NCBI GenBank assembly: GCA_051362555.1
Contig: CM120640.1
Location: forward strand, 4,712,001 to 4,776,000
Source: Lingula anatina
Lineage: Eukaryota; Animalia; Brachiopoda
Length of the DNA: 64,000 nucleotides
Reading direction: 5' to 3'
Positions 1 through 10,816 of the stretch are shown piece after piece. The notes beneath the pieces were generated by a model, which saw nothing but the letters and a program-made list of their open reading frames with translations, was not told the origin of the DNA and did not search any database. A program made the translations under genes and the position numbers. How positions within the stretch are numbered: position 1 is the first letter of the stretch; each line of letters starts with the position of its first letter.

Positions 1-264
1 ACAGTGTTGGCATTAAGGTTAGTCTAATATGTGAAAAATTAGTCCAGTGTGAATCTTTTTGAATAATAGATCTTATAGTTCTGACACTTGAAACCACTGT
101 ACCTACCCCAATCCTGATTTAAATCTTTTGTTTGTAAGAGACTTAAGATATTCAAGATTAAAAAGATTAATTTTTCTGATTTCAGTTTATCTGAAATTAT
201 TTCTAATACAGCTCGTCTCATTTCATTTTATTTCATTCAATTATTTTCTTGAATCTGATTTCAG

Positions 265-3200
265 GTTAATGCAGTGTATGAAAACATAACAGAAGCGGTT
301 TCTAAACTCAGCAGTTTCTATGGTGCTGCTGGAGGAGAGGGTAATGAGAGCAGAGATATGCAGCAGGCGGCCACCTTCCTGTCACAGATGTCCCTAGAAG
401 ACCATCAGCAGGCTGAGGAGTGCTTTACACAGGAACTGACCACTTTCACCAAAAAGCAGTTCTTTCAAGTAATCCACTTCTCTTATTTTAGATTACCATT
501 CCCTTTGTTTTATTATCAAAAAGTATAAATAGTTTGGTTACTTTATGTTCTTTTTATTGCACCAAATTGTGTAAGCTCAGGGTACATGTATCTTGCTTTT
601 GTCCCTGTATTGATATCATTTAATGCTAGTTGTCGGAAACAAATCATAGATGCCACTTTTCCTCATTAAAAATGGAGATTTGGTCTTCGTTGAAATATGA
701 AGAGAAATCCAAGCCCATTGCTGATGGTTGTGCCCTTTTTTTGTTAATTCAAAAAAGACTAATTGCACAGCATAATGTTTAACTTATCATCTGTAATATT
801 TTTTGACTAACCTAAGATGAAAAAGGAGGGCAGACACTTCTAATTTTCGAAATGATGAATACGGGGTTGCTTTTTTGATAAACTTCAGTTGTCTTTGTTC
901 TGTCAATAGCCTCATTTGCACATGTGTCAAAACATTATATCTCAAAAGTGAAAAATTCTTATAACTCTGTTTTGAAATTCAAAATTTGTGATAAGTATGA
1001 CAGAGTGGCACCAGCCATGTGGAGATGCTAAGCCTAAAATCAATTTCGTATCTATGTTAACATTAATGACCTCATGAAATTCAGCAAACTGACTTTTACA
1101 GAATTTCAAAATCTAACATTAAAAAAAAAACAATGGCTCTAATTGCTAATTATTGAACTTGTTACTCCCTGCCATCACAGAACAACTCCATGATTAACAC
1201 TGAACTTCCACAAGTACATTTTATTAGTTCTTTAATGAGTATTTTGTGTGTATTACCCAGCTTCTGGTACATACCCAGGAGGCAGTATTGTCTCCCTGAT
1301 GCGCTAGGATGTGTCACCTTAGTTTGAGGTTGCTTTAAACCAGATCTAACAATGCCCAGTGAAAATTGGTCATCCTGGCAATTAAAAAACATTTACTAAG
1401 TCTGATTCCTCATTTATGAACCTGTTACTCCCTACGGTCACAGATCAACTACATGATTAACACTGAACTTCCACAAGTGCATTTTATTAGTTCATTAACG
1501 AGCCATTTGTGTGCTTCACCCAGCTTATGGTACATACCCAAGAGGCAGTATTGTCTCCCTGATATGTGTGCTGATACGTATGGGTCAGATTGGCTTGAGG
1601 TTGGTTTAAACCAGATCTAACTGCTCAGTGAAAATTGGTCATCCTTGCAATTAACATTGAACTTCCAAAAGGACATATTGTTAATTCATTAACGAGCTTT
1701 TCATGTGCCTCATCCAACTTTAGGCACATACACAAGAGACAGTAACACCTCCCTATTGCTCTAAGATGTGTCATGTTAGACCCAATTTCCATAGATTTTA
1801 GATTGATCTATCCCTGTGGGGAGTCTCACTAGATTACTGTCAGCTTAGCTGGCTTAAGCGTCTGTCCCGCCTACTGAAAGCTGTAAGGGGGTAATTAACT
1901 ATGGTGCGCGCTCGGCTGACTGCAATTTAGCGTGAACCCCAAGGGAGTTAGGTCGATCTAAATCTTAATCCCTGGATCGATCTAAATCTCTGGGAATACA
2001 CCCTTAGTTTGAGGTTGGTTTAAACCAGATCTGACTGCCCAGTGAAAATTGGTCATCCTGGTCATTAACATTGAACTTCCACAAGTACATTTTATTAATT
2101 CATTAACAAGTCTTTTGTGTGCCTCATCCAGCTTTAGGCACTTACCCAGGAGGCAGTAACACCTCCCTATTGCTCTAGGATGTGTCATGTTAGTTTGAGG
2201 TTGGTTTAAACCAGATCTGACTGCCCAGTGAAAATTGGTCATCCTGGTCATTAACATTGAACTTCCACAAGTACATTTTATTAATTCATTAAGGAGCCTT
2301 TTGTGTGCCTTACTTAGCTTTAGTTTGACTACTTAATGTTCCTCTTATTGCACCACAAGTGTTGTGTAAACTGGAGTTACGTGTATCTTGCTTTTGCCCC
2401 TGTATTGATATCATTTAACGCTATTTGTTGAAAACAAATACATTATTAGCCTTTTTCATCTTTTCCGGAAATTGAAATTGCATTGTGGGTAGGGGAGCCC
2501 TGCTACGTCGAAACACTTACAGCGGTGCTAAAAACCATGGCTGGGTTTACGTGCTTTTTGTCCTGCTACTACAATAACAGTAAGCAAGATCGACACATGA
2601 GGTTTAATAAGTTCCCAACAAACCCGTTAGAATGAAAATATGGTAGAAAGAAAGGAAAATATAGCAGGTTTGGATCAAAAGCAGGGCACCACGTTTGCGC
2701 TGAACATTTCGAAAGCGGGAAGAAAAACTATAATATTAGGAGATCAACTGTGCTTTAATAAAAACAGAAATGCTTAGTTAAACAACGGATATAACGAACT
2801 ATCGGCAAATAGAACTCGGGGGTAAAAAATGCGAGAAAAAAAAAACATTATAAAGATTTGAAGAAAAAATTGAAGAATAGGCCGGGGCCTAAAAATTAAG
2901 AAAAGACTTCAAGCATGAGATTATGGAAAAAGAAAGTAAAAGCTGTGAAGTTTTACACGGGGATTCTACTTACAAAAAATTCAAGAACTTTCAAGACTTT
3001 TTGTGTAACAACAAAGAGAAGGTTTAAAAAGTTTTGTATGTAATATCCTTTTTGTGTGTGTTTTATTGATAAGTGATCATTTTAAATGTTGTAGGCCCAT
3101 CACAGGTTTTAGTCTCTAATAACCCTTAGCAGGGTGGGTCCTATTTTTTTTAACGTGAGACGTTGATAAAATTTTTATTATTATGTATTCAGTCCCGTAT

Positions 3201-6200
3201 ACGTATTACTGATTTGTACAAACGGGGCTCATATTATCAAGATCAACAGAGACATACGAAGAAGAAAGTACATCGGCTCTTGTTGAACGTGTTATCGGCG
3301 AAATAAAAAGTTATTTATTTCTGAACTCAATGACAAGAGAATTGGAAAATACAAAATATGCAGAAAAGCCTTTCTGTAAGCTACACGTACATAATACATG
3401 ACATTGTATGGTAAAGACAAAATGGATAATAAACATAATCCAACAACGTATTTGTAAAGTAATACAAATATGCTTAGTATTAAAGTAGGCCTACGTATAT
3501 TTAACTGTCTTAGATAGTTGAAAAGTATGAAATGTGTGGGAAACTCTTTATTTGAATGATTTGTCTGTGATTGAAAACGATGAAAATATGCATGAAAACA
3601 TTTAAAAATCAAATAATTTGGCCTCTTGCTATAATTTTGTTTTTGTTTCAGTTTGACAAAATTTTCATACTTGTCAGACCGAAAGGCTGACATTTTTTAC
3701 CTGTCGTAAATTTTGTACATATACTAGAGTAAGACATGGTAAACTTTAATTATCATCTGGGAAAGAGTCGAGAATTCCTGTCTCACCTATTTAACACTTA
3801 AAAGGTTTTAATTACAGAGGAAAGGTCGTAGTTGTGGCTGCCCATGGCTGCCGTGCTTCAGCCACCTTTTTAGTTGCACCTTGTACATCATCTACACCTA
3901 GCATTGCCATGCTGGAAACAGCAGAGGACCACTATGACCCCTGTGGCGCGCGGTTCCTGTCATGCGCACTTCGTATTTCCGCAAAAGATGAAAAAGGTTA
4001 ATAAGATACCGTTTTTCCTCATAAACAATGGGGATTTGGTCTTTTTTGAAATATGAAGAGCAATCCAAGCCCAATGCTGATTGTCGTGTCCTTTTGTGTC
4101 AATTAAGAAAAATTGCACAGCATAATGTTTAACTTATCATCTGTAATATTTGACTAACCTAAGCCCAACATGAGGGGCAGACACTTCTTATTTTCTAATT
4201 GATGAATAAGGGGTTGCATATTTGATATACTTCAGTTGTCTTTGTTCTGTCAATAGCCTCATTTTCACATGTGTGTCAAAACATTATATTTCAAAAGTGA
4301 AAAATTCTTATAACTCTTTGTCTTTGAAATTCAAAATTTGTGATAACTAGGACAGAGTGGCACCAACCATGTGGAGATGCTAAGCCTAAAATCAATTAAA
4401 GTATCTATGTTATCATTAATGAATTCATGAAATTTAGCAAACTGAGTTTTACAGAATTTCAAAATCTAACATTAAAAAAAACAATGAAATTAATTGCTTA
4501 TTATTGAACTTGTTACTCCCTGCCATTGCAGATCAACTACATGATTAACATTGAACTTCTACAAGTACATTTTATTAATTCTTTAACGAGTCTTTTGTGC
4601 CTCACCCAGCTTTAGGTACATACCTAGCAGGCAGTATTATGTCCCTGATGTTCTAAGATGTGTCACATTAGTTTGAGGTTGGTTTAAACCAGATCTAACA
4701 ATGCCCAGTGAAAATTGGTCATCCTGGCAATTAAAAACATTTACCGAGTCTGATTGCTCATTTATTGAACCTTTTACTCCCTGACATCGCATATCAACTA
4801 TATGATTAACATTGAACTTCCACAAGTGCAGTTCATTAATTCATCAACGAGCCATTTGTGTGCTTTACCCAGCTTCTGGTACATACCCAAGAGGCAGTAT
4901 TGTCTCCTTGATAGTATTCTAGGATATGTCACCTTAGTTTGAGGTTGGTTTAAAGCAGATCTAACAGCCCAGTGAAAATTGGTCATCTTGGCAATATACA
5001 TTGAACTTCCTCAAGGACATACTATTAATTCAGGAGTCTTTTGTGTGCCTTACCTAGCTGGTGGTACATACACAGAAGGCAGTATCACTTCCCTGTTGCT
5101 GTAGTTCCTTTTAAAGGGTGAGTCATATAAGTTTGAGGTTGGTTTAAACCAGATCTAACAATGCCCAGTGTAAAATGGGTAATCCTGGCAGTAATTCCAA
5201 GAAATTGGCCTTTCACTTTTTTTTTACTATATGTTTGAGATTTTTCATTATCACTATTCATTAGGGGATTGCAGAAGTTGCAGGTAATGACGAAGAATCC
5301 AGGTATGAATTCCTTGACATCAGCAGCCCTGAGAACCTGTTAATAAGGGGAGAGAAAGCAGACGTCAACATGTCAGATTGCAGGGAGCTTGCCAGATTAC
5401 AGGCTATGTGAGCTATTCTATTCTTTTCCTCAGCTGATGTTTTAATCTACTTAATAAAAATAACTTCTAGGTGTGATAATTTTATTCTCAGAAAAAGAAA
5501 GAAGTCAGATCTGTTATGTGCTGTGAGTTGTTAAGACAGCAGGGGTTGCTTCCTGATTTTTCAGTGTTCACATACTCACTGTTAAAGAATATGTGAGGAA
5601 TATGTGCTATTCACTTTTTTGTGCTTGGAGGTGAAGGGGTTGCGTTATGCACTTAAAAGGGGTCTGTGGGGTCTTCTTTTCTAACAATATTGTTTTTGTC
5701 AAAAAGGCATCCTAGCCATTCCTAGTATGTCTACAACAAAATGTAACTTTCACCATGATGACATGTCAAACTGTAATCCTTTCAACCCATCTTTTTCATC
5801 ATAGATACGCTAAAACAGAATCTCAGTATATTAATGCAGTGGTAGAGGAACAAAGTCTGGGTGCGGCATGCAAGTATGCAGAACAGAAACTGAGTGTGTT
5901 GAGAAAGCAAAGATGCACACAAGATGTCAGTCAGCTCAGGTACTGTGTCTTTGTGGTTGTGCACTGAAACATTGTATCTATATCGAGGCTTTCCCCCAGA
6001 ATGACATCCAGACTCCATTTGGACAGTCAGTTTCCTCAGGAGATGGCTGATATTTTTGATGATGGTCCGATGAATCGAATAAATTTGGAAGAAATGAGGC
6101 CTTGATTTGTAAGGAAAGGTAGACATCCCAGAAAATCCCCTCTGGCACCAATCCAACCCAACATTTACCCAACCCAACATAGACAGCCTGTAACTACAGT

Positions 6201-6217
6201 CTTTGGGAAAGCCTTGA

Positions 6218-6312
<95 letters not shown>

Positions 6313-9300
6313 AATGGTTTTGATTGATTTTGTGTATCATCTTTATGTTTGGGATAGGAATTTGGTCATCACAGATGAACTTGATTCCAAGGTCCTACTT
6401 ATCAAAATTGTCAATGCCTTTTTGATCCGTTCCATTTTCATGATGAACACCATACTTAAGATATTTTTAAAGATGTCCGTTAAAAATTTTATTGTATGAA
6501 ATTAAATTTTTATACATGCATTCAGTATATGCTGTATGCAAATAGAGGGTACAATAAACCCTTATTGTTTTCTTTCATAGCTCCCAACTTCAAGATGCCC
6601 AGTCTTCCCTAAGTGGCTTACAGAAAGGACTGGCCAGGTTCACAGAAAGCGAGCTTCCTGTCACCATCAGACACAGTGCATCACTCCAGGAGTCCAGAAT
6701 TCTGAGAGGAGACTATGATCTGAAGATTGCTAGGCAGAATTATTTTTCAGACAACCAAGACAAGGTAGACATCGCCCCTTGTTACAAAAGATTGCCTTAC
6801 ATTCAAGTAATCACGGGCTGTTAATAGGAGTTAATTTTACAATTAAGGGTCCAGGCACTAATGCCCTTAGTGTACGTAATTATATTGGTTTGTTTTGCAC
6901 AATTGTGCCTAATGATGTCTGCATAGTTCTGGATATTCGAGCCCCAAATAGAAAAGATCACTATTATTTCTTATGATTTTACCAAACATAGTCATGATTC
7001 TGCAAACTCCAAAATATTGCAGTCCTTGAGTTAACTAATCAACTTTACAGATTGAGATAACAGAAAGTCCTTGGAGACAGCTTTCCTGTTTATGTACATA
7101 ACATAGCATATGGTCTTCTGAGAAGTATGTGTTCACATACAACATTGATCAAATTTTAGTTGATAGCTGAAAGTGTGGTTCTTTTAAACCCCCTCCCCCC
7201 CTCAATGACTACAGACCTGAAATTATTTTAATTTCTAGGTTGTGGAGGAGCTGATCAAACAAAGATCAAGAAATGAATTCCTGACGATGGCCTATGAAGC
7301 CGAAGAAAGGGGTCACAGAGATACCCATAGACTTCTCACTGCTGTCTCCTTAAAACTAAAAAGAAACCTGAAGGAAGTTCAGAACCGATTGGTAGTGGTG
7401 TTTTGAGTTAAAATTTTCTTCATATTGATAAAATGATAGATAACTGGATTAATTTCAGCTATTTGGTGAAAATAGGGGTGCTTTTTTGACAGCATCATAC
7501 ACTGATCTTTTCTAGTAGTGGTGTGTATTACAAGGATTAGTCTGAATAGATGAAAAAAACTAAGAACATATCAAAACTTTAAGGTGACATTCTTAGGCTA
7601 TTACATACATTCTTTACCTGTTCTCATTTGTCGTATTATTATAGATATAAAATCTTTAATAGGAAATGATGGCAGATCCTGGTTTATCGGGCATGAGGTA
7701 CAAAAGAAATACAATTGACTCCAGAGACAAATTTCTCAACCGTCTTTATGAAATCACTGGTAAGACAGGCAACAGGTTAACTTAGTAATACATGGAATTG
7801 ACAAGTCATAGTAAAAGCTAGCTATTTGCTGTTTTATAGGTGTATCAGTTCAAAAGATTATCTCTAATGTGTCAAATTAAATGTTGAATACCTCCAAAAA
7901 AGAGGAATGTGAGTCTACAGTTCCAATATATTCTTTTAAGAAGTTCAGATGCATAAAAAATACATAAAAATTGAATTATAGTCATGGTGGTAACCGAAAA
8001 CCTATTTTCATCTAGGTCAAATTTGGGAGTTGAGGTTTTACACATTAGAATACTAGAAAACTTGCATCTTTTGCTCTATGTCTCTTCTTCTGCTCTGGAC
8101 TTGTGCAAATGTATTTGCATGTATTTTTGTGCATGCTCAACATAGTTAACATGTCCTTCTAACTTTTGCATACAATAACAACACATGAAGTGAGTCCGTC
8201 AAAAGCCCATTTGTATGCAGGTTTTTGTTTTCCCCCTACAGCTGGAGAACAGGAAGAAAATGAGAACTTGTTCCAGACATTTGCTGGTCTTGCTGAGGGC
8301 ACTGGGAGACTCCACCAGAGATTGGTCTCACTCCAGGGTGCTCTGACCTCCGCTAACAGCAGTGAGGACCATATGTTGGCTGTACTGTAAGTTGAAGTCT
8401 TTCTATTACTCACTAGTGCTAGCAGTACTTAAAATAGGAACAGCACTTAGATAAATTTCACATGTTATGTACACTCAGGCAAAAAGGTTTTTAAGAACAT
8501 GATTTTACTTAAAAAATTAAGGTAGGGTTTATCTTTGATGTCAGGTTAGAGGTCTTGAAGATTATGTAAAAAAAAATGTGGGTTTTCAGTTACTGAACAC
8601 ATATCATAGGTTAAGCTGTTTTGAAAGTTGATCTCGATTGTGATAAGAAATTCACACCTGCAAGTCTATAAAAAGGTAATGAAATAATATTCTCCATATT
8701 AGAATCCAGAGATAAAATGCTACTATTAATATTTTACATCATTTCTTAAAAAACAATTTTGCATGCCTTTTAAAATTGTTTTTGTTTTATGATAATACTT
8801 TTAGATAAGACTTAAATTGTCATCTTAGCCTTAGGTGTCAAGAAACAGCATGTCAGAACTATGTTATCATTCTTAATTTCATTATTTTGCTTAAATGTTA
8901 CTTTGTTTTATTTTTTAGGGAGAAGAATCTTTCATCTTGTGAGGCTCTTGTATACTCCGGATCATCAAGCACAGCTGGTCAGCCTTTGTTAAGTCCACAG
9001 AAATTATTGGACAGCATGGCTGCCCTGGATGATATGTTGAAGAAGTTGGAGCATACCATCATGGATGCTATTAAAGACCTTGATGCCAAAAAGAAGGTGA
9101 GATGTCGGATAATTTGCCTATGGTAATGGTATTTTCCTCTTCTTGCAGCATTTTAAGTGATAGTTTAAATTATATTTATTACTGTTTATCAGGTCTAAGA
9201 GAAACAACATATTGAAGAGAATAACTTTTTATCTAAAGAGGTGCAGGTTCTCGGGTAAAAGGGGACTGAAATAATAAAATGAAATGATAATTGTATGTGT

Positions 9301-9570
9301 TGGATACATGGCAAATTAACCTCAAATTAATTTTGGTTATCTTGACTTGGGTCTGATAGAACAAAACAATACAATGGATTTGTTGTTATAATGATTATTA
9401 TTACAAAACACCTTTTAAGATAAATCAATTTTTCCTTTCAGATATTAAAAACTGACCCACTACAGAAAACTGAGAGACAGCTATTTTATTACTTTCACAA
9501 CAATCCACAAAGACTTGAAGATGCTCTACAAGATGTTTCAGCACGTCTCCAAGCACAGCAGATTTCATAA
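265..9570 (+). CDS. HAUS3: HAUS augmin-like complex subunit 3, 3' part (9 coding exons, ~455 aa; 5' exons lie before the window)
   Basis: GT-AG exons in consistent phase: 265-468, 5265-5407, 5805-5939, 6581-6764, 7239-7391, 7663-7759, 8242-8386, 8919-9096, 9442-9570 (TAA). The joined peptide has [18 protein letters not shown]|[53 protein letters not shown] and [15 protein letters not shown], which I recognise as HAUS3-family segments. Confidence 0.88.
1779..2003. mobile_element. ~225-bp MITE, probably PIF/Harbinger (TTA target duplication), inserted in one repeat unit
   Basis: It interrupts the unit at TCATG-TTA|...|TTA-GTTTGAGG (uninterrupted at ~2185). Imperfect TIRs: GACCCAATTTCCATAGATTTTAGATTGATC versus reverse complement GGGTGTATTCCCAGAGATTTAGATCGATC. 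Confidence 0.7.
2443..4004. mobile_element. ~1.56-kb non-autonomous TIR DNA element, superfamily unassigned
   Basis: TIRs TTATTAGCCTTTTTCATCTTTTCCGGAAAT and ATTTCCGCAAAAGATGAAAAAGGTTAATAA. The empty site is visible in the paralogous copy at ~640-665 (AAACAAATCATAGATGCC). No transposase ORF. Confidence 0.75.
6222..6310. repeat. (AT)n microsatellite
   Basis: About 44 perfect TA dinucleotides. Confidence 0.97.
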
Positions 9571-9983
9571 AGGGCAGCACCTTTTCTTTTTGCAGAGTAT
9601 GAATTATGTTTTGTATGTACTTGTACTGTAAGGGTGCATGATGCAATTCAAGACTTGTATGTACCCTCTACTGGGTGGCAGATATTATAGGCAATTTTTC
9701 AAAAAGCCACCCTGTGACTTTTGGCCAGATTGAAGCAATTAAATCTGCACACACACAGATGGCACTGTACCCGATGTGTAGGGAGCTACTACAGGAGATC
9801 CTCAGTTGACTTCAATCTGAACTAACAAGCTATTCCTAAGGGGCTATTTTTATTTGTCACAAAAGAGCAAGTGATTAAAATCAGAGCAATTACCCGTCTT
9901 GATTGCTGTTAAGGGTGCTTAGCTTAGGCCTGTTGAGTGGCAGTGCCTGAGCAGTTATCCATACAATGACACGCAAGAAAGTT

Positions 9984-9989
9984 AATAAA
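9984..9989 (+). terminator. Candidate HAUS3 polyadenylation signal
   Basis: AATAAA ~415 nt after the stop codon, followed by GU-rich TGGTTTGATTTGGTGT. Confidence 0.5.
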
Positions 9990-10159
9990 AGCAAAGAATG
10001 GTTTGATTTGGTGTACAATCATTAGTCTATAATTTATTTCTGATTCACTTTACAATTTATTTTATATTCACAGCCTTGTTGACATATGGTGCACCTAACT
10101 TGTTACACAATCAACAAATATAAATTCATTTGTACACTATCAATAATTGTGTCACTGCA

Positions 10160-10415
10160 GATTCAAAATTTGTGATAACTATGACAAAGTGGCACCAACC
10201 ATGTGGAAATACTAAGCCTTAAATCAATTAAAGTATCTATGTTTACTTAACATAAATGACTTCATGAAATTCAGCAAACTGACTTTCACATAATTCACAA
10301 ATCTGATATTAAAAAAAAAAAAATTACCGAGTCTGACTGCTAATTATTGAACCCATTACTCCCTGCCATTGCAGATCAACTACATGATGAACATTGAACT
10401 TCCACAAGTACATAT
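10160..10415. repeat. Third, truncated copy of the HAUS3-intron block, downstream of the GAK stop codon
   Basis: ATTCAAAATTTGTGATAA...GTGGCACCAACCATGTGG...CAGCAAACTGAC...AACATTGAACTTCCACAAGTACAT matches 977-1219 and 4329-4570 in the same orientation. Confidence 0.88.
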
Positions 10416-10816
10416 CATTAATTAATTTTTTTGCACTGCATAACTAATTTATAAGTCAACACCAACTTATTCCCCTTATTCAAGATGTATAATTATATAT
10501 CACATGTATATGTATATATCTAATAATAATACCTGGATTTATATGCAGCATTAAACATTTTTTTCTTTACTTAATTGTACACTCTTTGGGATTTCATCTG
10601 GTGACATATTTATCTTAAAAAGTAAAATAATAACAGTGTCCCATAGTTTATGCTGTTATATTTGATAATCAGTAAAATCTGCTGTGACACGGTATGCATT
10701 ACAGTATTTTTCTCATTTATTTGTTTTTATTGACAGTGCTTTAAAAGTAAAAGAACTATACAGTTTCACTGGTTCCACATTGAAATCTTCCTATGCTTAC
10801 TGCCTGGCAAGATGGG

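Larger units (their letters stand above)
581..5190. repeat. Tandem segmental duplication inside a HAUS3 intron (copy 1 ~581-2322, copy 2 ~2380-5190), each ending in an array of ~190/260-bp units
   Basis: 581-1650 aligns by eye to 2380-2443 plus 4004-4995. The unit ATTAACATTGAACTTCCACAAGTACAT...GTTTAAACCAGATCT...GAAAATTGGTCATCCTGGCA recurs at about 1193, 1455, 1650, 2064, 2250 (partial), 4544, 4805 and 4993. Confidence 0.9.

Noticed and set aside
1193-2322. Regularly recurring GGTTTAAACC-containing motif resembling a CRISPR array
   Set aside because: Whole ~190-bp units repeat, there are no unique spacers and no cas genes, and the context is a eukaryotic intron.
1162-5001. Short similar - strand ORFs ([16 protein letters not shown]...)
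   Set aside because: By-products of the tandem repeat; frames are not conserved between units.
6000-6118. Possible extra HAUS3 exon (CCCCAG acceptor)
   Set aside because: In-frame TGA, and exon 5805-5939 joins 6581 directly in phase.
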